Sequence record: OY639337.1
Source of the DNA: Klebsiella phage vB_KppS-Samwise
Length of the DNA stretch: 49,597 nt
Direction: 5' to 3' (one strand)
Each line of letters begins with the position of its first letter. Position 1 is the first letter of the stretch. This document shows positions 27,312-37,505 of this stretch, in pieces. The notes under the pieces are model-generated. The model saw only the letters and a program-made list of their open reading frames with translations. It did no database searches and was not told the origin of the DNA. The translations under genes were made by a program, and so were the position numbers.

Positions 27312-28061
27312 ATGAAGGTAAAAGGAATCGTTAAACAGTGGCGATTCCCCGAAGCCAGCGAGCGGCAATTAAGCCGCTCCATTAAAGAGGCTGTAAGGGA
27401 TCTTGTTGTGTTTATGCGCAGCAAAACAAAGGCGATGAAGTTTGACGCTACAGATCAGGAGATCAGCAGCGCAGAGGACGAGATCAAGGAGTTCGCAAAA
27501 GAGCTTGCGCTCTCCCTGATTGGTTTGCTTCCTGCGCTCGCGTCTGCTGTATACAAGTTCAACTCCAAACAGTGGGTTAATGTTGCGAAGTCAACCGGAG
27601 GAGCTAACAATCCAGTTATCATCCTGCTAATTGCAGTCGGAGCCAATCAGGGCGAGGAATGGTATAAAACGCTATACGGCGAGTGGTACAACATGAGCGC
27701 CGCCTCGTTTGACAAGCTTTTCACCAACATAATTAACGACTGGTCTGCGAACATACGCCAGGCCAATTTCACCGGAAAGAAAGCGGAGCAGGTGAACGAG
27801 ATCGCGGAGCGTCGTTTCGCTGTTTACTCCTCATGGGCTGGCAATCGCGCAACGGGAATCATTGGATCGTGGAATAGCCGCCTTATGCGCCAGAGGTTGC
27901 TAGATGCTGGGGTGAATTCTTATTACTGGCATGGTATGCTAGACGAGCGCGAGCGACTTAAGCACTTACAATGGGAGGGAAAGGAGATCGGGATTGACGA
28001 GATTCACCCGTTCCCTGGTGAGGAGTACGGTTGCAGATGTTGGGCGATTCCAAAATGGTAG
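27312..28061 (+). CDS. Head morphogenesis protein (Mu gpF-like)
   Basis: C-terminal YYWHGMLDERERLKHLQWEGKE...HPFPGEEYGCRCWAIP. Confidence 0.85.
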   Translation: MKVKGIVKQWRFPEASERQLSRSIKEAVRDLVVFMRSKTKAMKFDATDQEISSAEDEIKEFAKELALSLIGLLPALASAVYKFNSKQWVNVAKSTGGANNPVIILLIAVGANQGEEWYKTLYGEWYNMSAASFDKLFTNIINDWSANIRQANFTGKKAEQVNEIAERRFAVYSSWAGNRATGIIGSWNSRLMRQRLLDAGVNSYYWHGMLDERERLKHLQWEGKEIGIDEIHPFPGEEYGCRCWAIPKW

Positions 28062-28072
28062 AGGAGAATTGA

Positions 28073-29188
28073 ATGAAAAAGGTACAGCGTTTTGATAGCG
28101 TTCAGGTGAAAGCAAAGATTGACGAGCACGGTTTTCTTGTAGACCGTCCGATTGTTGCCCGTATCGGCTTGCAGGTTTACAAAACCCCGTTTGGGGAGCG
28201 CCGAGAGTTTCGCCCCGCCTCGGAGGTTTTTAAGGCTGACTCACTGGCTACGTTTTCCGGTAAGCCGATCACAATCGGTCACGTAACAGTTACGCCGGAG
28301 AATGCAAAAGAGGTTGTAGTTGGTGCGTGTGCTGGCGCTGGCGTGCCAAACGGGATCGGCGTTGAGGTTCCGTTGAGCATTTACGACAAGCGAGCCATTC
28401 AGAGCGCGAAGGAAAAACAGACGGCGGAGTTATCGGTTGGTTACACCTCCGTTGATATTGATAAACCAGGGTGGGGTAATAATGCCACTGGTGAATACTT
28501 CTTTGATGAAGATATGCCGGAGGGCTGGAAAGCTGACTCGGATGATTGGGTGCGATTCGATGCGGTTCAAACGAATATCAGCGTTAATCATATCGCTATG
28601 GTGTTCAAAGGCCGCGCAGGTATCGCAAAATTAAATCTTGATAGCGAGCAGGAATTCCCGTATCATGACGAGGAATTTTCAAACAAAGAGGATGAAGTTA
28701 TGACCGTAAAAATCAAACTGGACGGCGCAGTAGAGTTTGACGTGCCAAAAGAGGTGGCAGCTCACATCAACGCAATCACCGCAAAAGCAGATGAAGCAAC
28801 CGCAAAAGCTGACGGACTGGAAGCGGAGCGTGATGCACTGCAAGCGAAAGTAGACGGCATTCCGGCACAAATCGAGGCTGCGGTTGCTCAGGCAAAAGCT
28901 GACGCAGAGGCGCACGCCGAACTGGTTGCGATTGCTGGTGAGGCTGGCGTTAAGTGCGACGGCCTGGACGCAAAAGCGATCAAAGTTGCCTACGTCAAAG
29001 AGGTTACTGGTGCTGACATCGCAGAAAAAACCGACGCTTATATTGATGCGGCGTTTGATCTGGCTAAAAACTCTGATAAAATGGCAGCACAGCGCAAAGC
29101 CATTAAAGGCGATGCAGAGAAGCAAGAGAAGCAAGACGGCGAAGATAAACCGCTGAATCCTGCGGCTCGTTTGGCTAAAGTACAGTAA
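28073..29188 (+). CDS. DUF2213-like head scaffold/protease-associated protein
   Basis: FLVDRPIVARIGLQVYKTPFGERREFRPASEVF...SFSGKPITIGH; coiled Ala/Lys/Asp C-terminus. Confidence 0.75.
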   Translation: MKKVQRFDSVQVKAKIDEHGFLVDRPIVARIGLQVYKTPFGERREFRPASEVFKADSLATFSGKPITIGHVTVTPENAKEVVVGACAGAGVPNGIGVEVPLSIYDKRAIQSAKEKQTAELSVGYTSVDIDKPGWGNNATGEYFFDEDMPEGWKADSDDWVRFDAVQTNISVNHIAMVFKGRAGIAKLNLDSEQEFPYHDEEFSNKEDEVMTVKIKLDGAVEFDVPKEVAAHINAITAKADEATAKADGLEAERDALQAKVDGIPAQIEAAVAQAKADAEAHAELVAIAGEAGVKCDGLDAKAIKVAYVKEVTGADIAEKTDAYIDAAFDLAKNSDKMAAQRKAIKGDAEKQEKQDGEDKPLNPAARLAKVQ

Positions 29189-29200
29189 GGAGAAATAAAC

Positions 29201-29680
29201 ATGGCAATTCCAGCAACTTATCAAGCTACAATGGCACGCGCCCTGCCTGGCCAGGTATCCGACACCTCAGCTTATAACATCGACGGCGCTTGCGTTCTTG
29301 ACGGCAGCGCGAATGTGTTCGTTGGCGTAGCGGTTCAGAATGGCGGCGTTGATTCTATGGGTAACAAGCTGATCAAGCCTATGGCAGCAAGCGGCAAAGC
29401 TTACGGTGTGGCGATTCGCTCCCACTTCCAGACAACCTCTGCTGATGGTCGAATGGTTTACGTGCCTGGCGGCGGAATCAACGTAATGAATGAGGGTCGC
29501 GTTTGGATGCTGGCTGTAGATACTCAGACCAAGCAGCCATACGGCACTGCGATCAAGATCGAAGATTCCACTGGCAAGGTGGACACCGAATCCGGCACTG
29601 TAGAGCCGAACTGGATCGCCACTGGCGACTTTACCGAGTTTGACGGCCTCAAGCTGATTGAGGTACAGGTTAAACCTTAA
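29201..29680 (+). CDS. DUF2190-like capsid decoration/structural protein
   Basis: Position and sequence character (Gly/Ala-rich beta protein). Confidence 0.6.
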   Translation: MAIPATYQATMARALPGQVSDTSAYNIDGACVLDGSANVFVGVAVQNGGVDSMGNKLIKPMAASGKAYGVAIRSHFQTTSADGRMVYVPGGGINVMNEGRVWMLAVDTQTKQPYGTAIKIEDSTGKVDTESGTVEPNWIATGDFTEFDGLKLIEVQVKP

Positions 29681-29687
29681 CAAACAG

Positions 29688-29711
29688 GGCGCTCATTGAG
29701 CGCCTTTTTTT
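29688..29711 (+). terminator. Intrinsic terminator
   Basis: GGCGCTC-att-GAGCGCC + T7. Confidence 0.8.
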
Positions 29712-29724
29712 ATGGAGGTGTTAA

Positions 29725-30186
29725 ATGATTGATTACGGCGTAATTTCTGGATGCGCAAATCCTGGGTATCTCGTTGATTCTACGATAAGCGTGATAAACG
29801 GCGGCGGCGTTGTATATGGCGATGCTGTTTTCCCTGGGTTTGCCGTGTCTCACTACGGGATTATTGACGGCTGTCACACATACGGCCAATTTGATGGTGA
29901 TCGAGCCGCTTGCGGGATTGTGATCGCAGGTAATGATATTTGTGTTACAAATGGAATACCTAACTGGGAATCTTTGAGCGTTTTAGTTAAGGGCAGGGTT
30001 TGGGCTGTAATGCTTTCAGATGAAGGAGCACCGAGAGAGGGTGATAGCGTCATGATCTCAGATGGTGGCGTGATAACTTCACTCGCTGAGCGGTTCATTC
30101 AAGCCCCTAGAGGCTGGGTATTTACCGGAGACTACGAGAAATTTTCTCATGATCTATCACTAGTTGGCGTGTGGATTACCCAATAA
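29725..30186 (+). CDS. Hypothetical, possibly head-associated protein
   Basis: ORF between decoration and capsid genes. Confidence 0.6.
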   Translation: MIDYGVISGCANPGYLVDSTISVINGGGVVYGDAVFPGFAVSHYGIIDGCHTYGQFDGDRAACGIVIAGNDICVTNGIPNWESLSVLVKGRVWAVMLSDEGAPREGDSVMISDGGVITSLAERFIQAPRGWVFTGDYEKFSHDLSLVGVWITQ

Positions 30187-30199
30187 CATAAAAACCTAT

Positions 30200-30227
30200 T
30201 GCACGTTTAACAAAAAGTGCTATCATT
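30200..30227 (+). promoter_or_regulatory. Major capsid promoter TTGCAC-N16-TATCAT with the recurrent site (30209-30223, inverted) covering spacer and -10
   Basis: Direct reading. Confidence 0.65.
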
Positions 30228-30267
30228 GAGGCTGTTAATCGCTAACATCCTTTAAGGAGAAAGAAAC

Positions 30268-31230
30268 ATGACTAAAAAGTATGACGAATTTGACGCTAGC
30301 GTAGTTACCGCTCACCTGCAAATGCAGGGAGTTAAGGCTGACGCTTCCGACATGGGTATCTGGACTGCGCAGGAGCTTCACAAGATCCGCTCCTCTGCAT
30401 ACGAAAAAGAATACCCTGTAGGCTCCGCACTGCGTGTGTTCCCTGTCACCAACGAACTGAGCGACACGGATAAGACTTTCGAATACCAGACTTTCGATAA
30501 AGTTGGCTACGCGAAAATCATCGCAGACTACACCGACGACCTGCCAACCGTTGACGCTCTGATGTCTACTGAGTTTGGTAAAGTGTTCCGCCTGGGTAAC
30601 GCGTTCCTGATCTCCATTGACGAAATCAAAGCGGGTCAACGTACTGGTAAGAGCCTGAGCGCTCGCAAGGCAAACGCCGCGCAGAATGCTCACGATCAGC
30701 TTGTTAACTTCCTGGTGTTCAAGGGTTCCAAGCCGCACAAAATTCTGAGCGTGTTTGATCACCCTAACCTCACCAAGATTGTTGCGGCTAAACAGTGGTA
30801 CGACTCAAGCACTAAGACGAAAGAGCCAGAGCAAGCTTTCGACGATCTGACTGCGGCAATCGAAGCGCTGGAAACTCAGACCAACGGGCAGCACCGCGCC
30901 ACCCACATTCTGATCCCGCCAAGCGTGCGCAAAGTCCTGACGGTTCGCATGGAAAACACCACTGAGAGCTACCTGGAATACTTCCAGAAGCAAAACGGCG
31001 GTATCACCATTGAAGCAATCGCAGAGCTTGAAGATATCGACGGCTCAGGCGGCAAGGGCGTACTGGTGTACGAAAAAGATCCAATGAATATGTCCATTGA
31101 GATCCCTGAGGCATTCAATATGCTACCAGCGCAGCCTAAAGACCTGCATTTCAAAGTGCCTTGCACCTCCAAATGCACTGGCCTGACAATCTATCGCCCG
31201 TTAACTCTTGTGTTAATCACTGGCGTGTAA
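30268..31230 (+). CDS. Major capsid protein (DUF2184-like)
   Basis: Size, position and highly codon-biased sequence; STEFGKVFRLGNAFLIS, THILIPPSVRKVL. Confidence 0.85.
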   Translation: MTKKYDEFDASVVTAHLQMQGVKADASDMGIWTAQELHKIRSSAYEKEYPVGSALRVFPVTNELSDTDKTFEYQTFDKVGYAKIIADYTDDLPTVDALMSTEFGKVFRLGNAFLISIDEIKAGQRTGKSLSARKANAAQNAHDQLVNFLVFKGSKPHKILSVFDHPNLTKIVAAKQWYDSSTKTKEPEQAFDDLTAAIEALETQTNGQHRATHILIPPSVRKVLTVRMENTTESYLEYFQKQNGGITIEAIAELEDIDGSGGKGVLVYEKDPMNMSIEIPEAFNMLPAQPKDLHFKVPCTSKCTGLTIYRPLTLVLITGV

Positions 31231-31236
31231 TATCAT

Positions 31237-31266
31237 GGGAGCCTCTTTGGAGGTTCCCTTTTTTTT
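31237..31266 (+). terminator. Intrinsic terminator after capsid gene
   Basis: GGGAgCCTC-ttt-GGAGGTTCCC + T-tract. Confidence 0.75.
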
Positions 31267-31281
31267 ATTCAGGAGATAAAG

Positions 31282-31556
31282 TAATGGCTAAAGAAAAAAA
31301 TGTAACACTGGTAAACTCTGGCGTTTGCTCAATTTTCATCAAAGGTGATCGCTATGTTCCAGGTGATGAAATTGAAGTCCTTGAGTCGGATCTGGAAACT
31401 TCCGGCATTGAAATGTTGATCGCTCGCGGCGATCTGAAAGTTAAGAACGACGAAGAAAAGACCGAAGAAGTAAGGGAGCGCGTTACCAAGCGCAAGAAAG
31501 CAAGCCCAACCGAGGGCAAGACGAAAAACGAGCTTGAGGACGGCGGCGAGTTTTAA
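31282..31556 (+). CDS. Small head-associated protein
   Basis: ORF in the head module. Confidence 0.6.
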
Positions 31557-31598
31557 TAACAAGGGAGCCTATGCTACCTTTTCTTTTATGGGGAAATC

Positions 31599-31997
31599 AT
31601 GAATCAAGATGTTATTGACCAGATCGTAAAAATTGCGCCTCCTTTCGCTGGTGTTGATCCGGCTTTACTCCAGGCGTGGATTGAGCTAGCAGAGGAGTTT
31701 GTTTGTAAGAAGCGTTTCAAGGACTCATACACCAAAGCGGTTGCGCTCTACACTTTGCACCTCATGACTCTTGACGGAGCCATGAAGCAAGAAGGGGAAA
31801 GCGTAGAATCATACTCTCAGCGTGTCGCGTCATTCTCCCTGACTGGTGAGTTTTCGCAGACGTTTGATCGCGTCTCCTCCGATTCCTCAGGCAAGGAGAT
31901 CCGACAAACTCCGTGGGGTAAAATGTATGAGGCTTTAAACCGCAAGCGCGGTGGAGGGTTTGGGCTTGTTACTGGATTGCGGCGGAGGTCTTGCTAA
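31599..31997 (+). CDS. DUF4054-like head-tail adaptor
   Basis: [39 protein letters not shown]. Confidence 0.7.
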   Translation: MNQDVIDQIVKIAPPFAGVDPALLQAWIELAEEFVCKKRFKDSYTKAVALYTLHLMTLDGAMKQEGESVESYSQRVASFSLTGEFSQTFDRVSSDSSGKEIRQTPWGKMYEALNRKRGGGFGLVTGLRRRSC

Positions 31998-32368
31998 TGA
32001 ATTACGCTAACATTGCACGAATGGCTAAATCTGGAATTGAGTTTTTCAGTGATAGCAATGGGGTGTTTAAGCTTATCACTAGCGGAGGCGGCGTTGAGAT
32101 TGTCGGCGGTGTTGAGGTTGAAAAGCCTGAGCAATCAACCACCATCAAAGGACTTATTCGAGCGCCGAAGATTCGAGAGGTTGACGGCGAAACAATCCGC
32201 GTAACGGATAAGCTCGGAGTTTTTGACGCAGACATTGAGATCAAAAATGGGAACCAGATCGAGGTTGACGGCGAGCGGTATGTTGTCGTTGAGGCAAGAC
32301 CAATCAGACCGACAGGGATCACGGTTGCTTATCGTCCGATACTGCGGAGGGTTGCGGTTCATGGCTAA
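31997..32368 (+). CDS. Head closure-type protein
   Basis: Position in the neck module; ORF track start 31991. Confidence 0.5.
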   Translation: MNYANIARMAKSGIEFFSDSNGVFKLITSGGGVEIVGGVEVEKPEQSTTIKGLIRAPKIREVDGETIRVTDKLGVFDADIEIKNGNQIEVDGERYVVVEARPIRPTGITVAYRPILRRVAVHG

Positions 32369-32801
32369 CTACTCAATCCGAGAATTTCAGGGCAATATTG
32401 ACAAGTGGATAAGCGCGGTTGAGGGCGGTCTTACTGATTGCATTGAGATTTTCGGCGGTAAAGTTCAGGAGGCGCTCGTTAAGGGATCGCCAGTTGATAC
32501 GGGAAGATTCCGAGGAAACTGGCAGGTAACAGCAAACGAGCCTCCGCTCTACGCGCTCAACCAGTACGACAAGGACGGAAACAAAACAATCGCATACGGA
32601 GAGCGAGCCATTCGCGCCATAATGCGTGGCGGCGGCGCGGTTCGTGCTATCTACTTTTCAAACATGCTTATCTATGCCAACGCGCTAGAGTACGGGCATT
32701 CAAAACAGGCTCCCGCTGGCGTTGTTGGTATCGTTGCAATCCGCTTACGCTCATTCATGGCGGAGGCTATTAGAGAGTCTAGGGCTAAAAATGGATTATG
32801 A
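32361..32801 (+). CDS. HK97 gp10-like neck/tail-completion protein
   Basis: VQEALVKGSPVDTGRFRGNWQVT; start placed at MANYSIREFQ. Confidence 0.75.
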   Translation: MANYSIREFQGNIDKWISAVEGGLTDCIEIFGGKVQEALVKGSPVDTGRFRGNWQVTANEPPLYALNQYDKDGNKTIAYGERAIRAIMRGGGAVRAIYFSNMLIYANALEYGHSKQAPAGVVGIVAIRLRSFMAEAIRESRAKNGL

Positions 32802-33192
32802 TCTAATGCTGGCGGCACGCAAGGCATTCGCCGCTGAATACGAAAACAGATACGCAATCGCTTATGAAAACGTGGAGTTTACACCTCCTGGCGATGGCTC
32901 TATGTGGTTGGCGTTTCACTACGTTGAATCTGAGCCGTTGAGGTTGTCGCTTGATCGCAAATGCGTTTCTTACATGGGGATGGTGCAAATAAATGTCACG
33001 TTTGCACCTGGCACTGGAACAGACAAGCCGCGCAAGCTGGCAAAAGAGATTGCTGATTTTTTCAAAGATGGTAAAATGCTGGACGTGGGCTACATCTACG
33101 AGGGCGCTAGCGTCCGGTCAGTCCAGAAATCAGAAACGGGCTGGATTGTTCCGATCCGGTTTGTTGTAAGAGTTGACACAAAAGGAGAATAA
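32791..33192 (+). CDS. Tail terminator-like protein
   Basis: MDYDLMLAARKAFAAEYENRY...; position before the tail tube gene. Confidence 0.6.
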   Translation: MDYDLMLAARKAFAAEYENRYAIAYENVEFTPPGDGSMWLAFHYVESEPLRLSLDRKCVSYMGMVQINVTFAPGTGTDKPRKLAKEIADFFKDGKMLDVGYIYEGASVRSVQKSETGWIVPIRFVVRVDTKGE

Positions 33193-33853
33193 CATGCATC
33201 TTCCAAACGGTTCACAGATTTTTATCGAAGCGTCTCGCGGCTCCGAGCTTTCCGCTAGCGCAATCAGCAACGCAGAAAAGCCAGTTTTCACCATGAGTGA
33301 CACGGGCGACCTTGCAACGGGTGATTATGTGATCGTTGCTGAGTCCACCTGGGGCAAACTGCTAGATCGCGTTCTGCGTGTTAGCGCATTAACCAGTAAC
33401 GAAAGCGTAACGCTTGAAGGTATCGACACAACCGACACTAACGTTTTCCCTAGCGGCGCAACCGCCAAGATCGCAAAAATTTCCGCATGGTCTGAAATCC
33501 CTTGCGTTCAGGATCTTGCGCAGGACGGCGGCGAGCAGCAGTATTACACTTATCAGTGCTTGTCCGACGACCAGGAGCAGCAGCTACCAACCTACAAAAG
33601 CGCCGTCTCCCTGACGTACACCTTTGCGCACGAGTACGATAACGCAATCTATCCTCTGCTGCGTAAAGCAGATGAAAGCGGCGAAGTCACCGCAATGCGT
33701 ATGTACGTACCGAAAGCGAAGGAAATGCGTTGCTGGGCTGGCGTGTTGTCATTCAACGAGATCCCGCAAACTGCGGTTAACGAAATGGAAACTGTTTCCC
33801 TTTCTTGCTCACTGAAAGGCCGCTACACATTCCTTCCTGCATCACAGGATTAA
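33173..33853 (+). CDS. Major tail tube protein (start may be internal Met)
   Basis: Position, size, HLPNGSQIFIEASRG... tail tube-like sequence. Confidence 0.75.
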   Translation: MTQKENNMHLPNGSQIFIEASRGSELSASAISNAEKPVFTMSDTGDLATGDYVIVAESTWGKLLDRVLRVSALTSNESVTLEGIDTTDTNVFPSGATAKIAKISAWSEIPCVQDLAQDGGEQQYYTYQCLSDDQEQQLPTYKSAVSLTYTFAHEYDNAIYPLLRKADESGEVTAMRMYVPKAKEMRCWAGVLSFNEIPQTAVNEMETVSLSCSLKGRYTFLPASQD

Positions 33854-33860
33854 TCACAAG

Positions 33861-33894
33861 GGGCGTTGCGCCCCTTTTTTATTTGATGTAATAT
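33861..33894 (+). promoter_or_regulatory. Terminator GGGGCG-tt-gCGCCCC-T6 overlapping promoter TTGCGC-N17-TAATAT
   Basis: Direct reading. Confidence 0.6.
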
Positions 33895-33928
33895 TACCCC
33901 AACATTTAACCACTAAGGAGAAACACCA

Positions 33929-34243
33929 ATGGCTAAAATGAAATTGACTCTTGCCCCGCTTCCAGACTTCAAACTTCCAGTTAAATTTGTATTGCCGGAT
34001 GGTAACGAGCAAAAAATTGTGTTTACCGTTAAGCATAAAAAGGCAAGCGAGATTCAAGAGCTTTACCAGAAAGAAGGTATCAAAGATCCTGAATTCATTA
34101 TGAATGTTGCCGTAGGTTGGGATCTGGAAGAAGAATTCAACGAAGAAAACGCGCAACTGTTGGTTGATTATTATCCTGGCGCGGCGCTGGCTCTCATGGG
34201 ATCTTATTTAAGCGCTCTGGCAGGGCAGCGAGTAAAAAACTAA
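33929..34243 (+). CDS. Tail assembly chaperone, G-like
   Basis: Between tail tube and tape measure; ends on slippery sequence A AAA AAC. Confidence 0.85.
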   Translation: MAKMKLTLAPLPDFKLPVKFVLPDGNEQKIVFTVKHKKASEIQELYQKEGIKDPEFIMNVAVGWDLEEEFNEENAQLLVDYYPGAALALMGSYLSALAGQRVKN

Positions 34244-34557
34244 AACGGGCGGTTTATCTGTACTACCAGAAGCCGCCCACAGATGCAGAGCTTGAGGCCG
34301 TAGGTTTAACCCGCGCAGACTATGAAGGAGAGGAACCGCCGGAAGTTATATTTGATGAATCAATGATGCAGTCATGGGATGTATTCTGCGCAATGCAGAC
34401 TCAATGGCGATCTGCTGGTGGCGGCGCTTATGGCCTTGATTACAATGTTTTGCCTATGTTGTTCAAAATCTATAGAATAGACGATGAAGAAATGGCATTG
34501 AACGACTTGCGGATCATGGAAAGTAAAGCGCTCGAAATGATGCACGCAGGAAAATAA
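34234..34557 (+). CDS. T-like extension read by -1 frameshift at A AAA AAC (34234-34240)
   Basis: -1 frame is open: LKRAVYLYYQKPPTDAELEAVGLTRADYEGEEPP...MMQSWDVFCAMQTQWRSAGGG...MHAGK*. Confidence 0.85.
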   Translation, partial: KKLKRAVYLYYQKPPTDAELEAVGLTRADYEGEEPPEVIFDESMMQSWDVFCAMQTQWRSAGGGAYGLDYNVLPMLFKIYRIDDEEMALNDLRIMESKALEMMHAGK

Positions 34558-34559
34558 AC

Positions 34560-34583
34560 GAGCGCCTTTTGGCGCTCTTTTCT
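34560..34583 (+). terminator. Intrinsic terminator before tape measure gene
   Basis: GAGCGCC-tttt-GGCGCTC + TTTTCTT. Confidence 0.75.
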
Positions 34584-34599
34584 TATCTGGAGGTACTTA

Positions 34600-37503
34600 A
34601 TGGCGGAACAATACGCAGGCTTGACGTTAGGCGTTGACGTCCAGCAGGTAAACAACGCAGTTAAATCCCTGAGGGATTTTAAGACCGCTTCCGAGGGTGC
34701 GGCTGATGGTCTTGAGTCTTTCGTCAATGAGGAGCAGATTGCACGACAGAGAGCCAAAGATTTGGCCTACGAGCTTGCAAAGCAGAGAAAGGAATTTCAG
34801 AGCGTACAGGCCGCAATAGATCCGACTGCGGCAAAAATGGAGCGACTAAAGGTTGCGGCGGCTGACCTTGATAAGCTTTGGAAAAAGGGAGTGGTTCCAG
34901 ACGAAACATTTTTCCAGCTTGGAGAAATGCTTGAGGCTCAGACAAACAAACTTGCAGCAAACAGAAAAGCGTTAACGGCTGAGGGCATGGCGGCAATCGA
35001 GGAGTCAAAGCAGAAAGCTAAAGCGGCGGCTGAGGCTCAGAAATTCATTGCGGCTCTTGAGGCGCAAGCTGCTGCTGCTGGCAAGACGCAATCCGAACTG
35101 ATGGAAATGAAAGCGGCTCAACTTGGTGTAAGCGCTCAGGCCGCGCCATTCATTGCACAGCTTAAAGCGCAAGAAAAACAGATGAAGTTAACCGGAATTA
35201 GCGCAGGGCAATATAACCAGGCCATGCGAATGCTTCCGGCTCAGATCACTGATGTTGTAACTTCTCTGGCTTCCGGTATGCCTATTTGGTTGGTTGCAAT
35301 CCAGCAGGGTGGACAGATTAAAGATTCTTTCGGCGGCGTTGGTAATACGTTTAAAGCGTTGTTGTCGTTTCTGAATCCGGTAAACGTTGGCCTTGCAGCC
35401 TTAGTCGTTTCAATGGGTGCTCTTGTTAAGGCTGGTTATGATGCGTATAAATCACAACGCGACTTGCAAGAGGCATTGGTTCTGACTGGTGGATATGCTG
35501 GCACAAGCGGCGCACAGTTTGATAAGTTGGCGCAGGACATTAATAACAGCACTGATGCGACGATAGGAAATATCCGATCCATCGCAACAGAGCTTGTAAA
35601 GTCCGGCAAGTTCACGATTGATCAGATTAAAGCAATCACGAAAACCACCGCTCAGTGGTCAACTGTAACTGGTGAATCAAGCGACAAGATAACCGATTAC
35701 TTTAATAAGATTGCTGGAGATCCGGTTAAAGGTCTTGCAGAGCTAAACGAGCAATTCAACTTTTTAAGCGAAGGGCAGTTAACTTATATTGCAGATCTTG
35801 AGAAAACGAAAGGCAAGACAGAAGCAGTAACGGCGGCAACAAAGTTATTTGCTGACGTTATGGATCAGAGGTTAGCTGAACTGGCGGACTCCGCAACGCC
35901 ATTAGAAAAGATGTGGACTGACATTAAAAAATGGGCGTCAGATGCGTGGGGTTGGGTTGGTGATCATACTCTGGCGGCGCTTAACCTGATCATTGACGTT
36001 GTAGCTGGAACGGTTGAGCAGGTTCGTTATTTGCTTAATCAGGGTGATATTCTCATTGGTGAGTTTATTGTATCTGCAACAAAGGCTATGCAAAAAATAC
36101 CTGGTCTTAATGGCGTTGGTGACTCAGTAATTGCACAGCAACAGAATATTATCAATAACGCTAAGGAGAACAACAAGGAGCTATTAAAATCAATTGCCGA
36201 ACGTAACGAGCGAGTCAAAAAAGGCGAGCAGGGTTACATTGACATGATGAAAAATCGTGCAGCGGTTGAACAGCAATATGCGACAAAAACAAAAGAGAAT
36301 ATCAGGAAGGAAGCCGAGGAATTAGCTAAGCGCGATAAAAAGCAAAAGGCTGAAAAAGCTAAGGTATCGGCTGGCGATAAGCTGGAAGAACAATATCAGC
36401 GTGATATCCTTGCGCTAGAAACTCAATTAAGAGTTTTGAAAGAGCACAAGACGATCACAGATACCATAAGCCAGCAACGTAAATCTTTATGGGCTGAACA
36501 AGCTAAAATTCAGATTTTGCAAGAAGCCTCAACAAAACGGCAACTTACTGATGAAGAAAAAAGCATTTTAGCCAACAAAGATAAGATCCTGGCGATGGCT
36601 GAACAAAAAGCTATTTTGGGCGATCAGATTGTTGCGCAAACGCGCCTTAATCAGTTGCAAGATAGCTCAATCAAGTTTATCCAGCAGCAGAAAGCAGCAA
36701 CAGAAGCACTAGCAAAAACCAGAGGGTTAAGCGAGCGTGAAGCAGCAAGAGCGGCGGAACGTGCAAAGGTTGAGGCTGATTATCTTGCCAAAGGAGGCAA
36801 GGAAGGAGATCCGCAACTCACAGCAATGATGGATGCATTAGACAATCGCTATAAAGAGGAAGATGCCAAACGTGCTGATTGGTTGGCTGGCGCTAAAAAT
36901 GCCTTTGCGGAGTACGGCGAGGAAGCAATGAACATGTATGATAATGTCGGCAACATTGCGAGCCAAGCCCTAAACGGACTATCGCAACAAATGGCTGATT
37001 TTTTGACTACTGGACAAGCCAACTTCAAAGACTTTGCAAAATCGATCATTAGCCTGATTGTTGAGATGATCACAAAGATGGTTATCTTCAATAGCATTTC
37101 AGGCATGATGGGCGGCTCAACGTGGACTATGGGATCTCTAATGAGCGGCTTCTCGTCTGGTGGGTACACTGGCGACGGCGGCAAGTATGATCCGGCTGGC
37201 ATTGTTCACAAAGGCGAGTTTGTTTTCACTAAGGAAGCAACGCAGCGAATCGGCGCTCGTAACCTTTACCGCCTGATGCGTGGATATGCAAACGGCGGCA
37301 GCGTTGGCGGCTCAGGTTACAGCAGGGCTTCAACTGGCGGCGCTGGACTTGCTTACTCGTTCGGTGATATCAACGTTGATATCAACAACGGAAACGATCC
37401 AAAAGGTCTTGAAACTGGCGTTAGAATGCTTGTTGCTGACATGCTCAAGCGTGAAATGGGTCAAGGCGGCAGCATTTACAATTTCGTTATGGAAAGGAGG
37501 TAA
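34600..37503 (+). CDS. Tape measure protein
   Basis: 967 aa, coiled, with hydrophobic segments (NPVNVGLAALVVSMGALV); position after chaperones. Confidence 0.95.
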   Translation: MAEQYAGLTLGVDVQQVNNAVKSLRDFKTASEGAADGLESFVNEEQIARQRAKDLAYELAKQRKEFQSVQAAIDPTAAKMERLKVAAADLDKLWKKGVVPDETFFQLGEMLEAQTNKLAANRKALTAEGMAAIEESKQKAKAAAEAQKFIAALEAQAAAAGKTQSELMEMKAAQLGVSAQAAPFIAQLKAQEKQMKLTGISAGQYNQAMRMLPAQITDVVTSLASGMPIWLVAIQQGGQIKDSFGGVGNTFKALLSFLNPVNVGLAALVVSMGALVKAGYDAYKSQRDLQEALVLTGGYAGTSGAQFDKLAQDINNSTDATIGNIRSIATELVKSGKFTIDQIKAITKTTAQWSTVTGESSDKITDYFNKIAGDPVKGLAELNEQFNFLSEGQLTYIADLEKTKGKTEAVTAATKLFADVMDQRLAELADSATPLEKMWTDIKKWASDAWGWVGDHTLAALNLIIDVVAGTVEQVRYLLNQGDILIGEFIVSATKAMQKIPGLNGVGDSVIAQQQNIINNAKENNKELLKSIAERNERVKKGEQGYIDMMKNRAAVEQQYATKTKENIRKEAEELAKRDKKQKAEKAKVSAGDKLEEQYQRDILALETQLRVLKEHKTITDTISQQRKSLWAEQAKIQILQEASTKRQLTDEEKSILANKDKILAMAEQKAILGDQIVAQTRLNQLQDSSIKFIQQQKAATEALAKTRGLSEREAARAAERAKVEADYLAKGGKEGDPQLTAMMDALDNRYKEEDAKRADWLAGAKNAFAEYGEEAMNMYDNVGNIASQALNGLSQQMADFLTTGQANFKDFAKSIISLIVEMITKMVIFNSISGMMGGSTWTMGSLMSGFSSGGYTGDGGKYDPAGIVHKGEFVFTKEATQRIGARNLYRLMRGYANGGSVGGSGYSRASTGGAGLAYSFGDINVDINNGNDPKGLETGVRMLVADMLKREMGQGGSIYNFVMERR

Positions 37504-37505
37504 TT

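Noticed and set aside
34470-35008. Antisense ORFs across the structural genes (for example 34470-34757, 34724-35008, 41365-41877).
   Set aside because: They lie opposite strongly coding sequence with no RBS or operon context.
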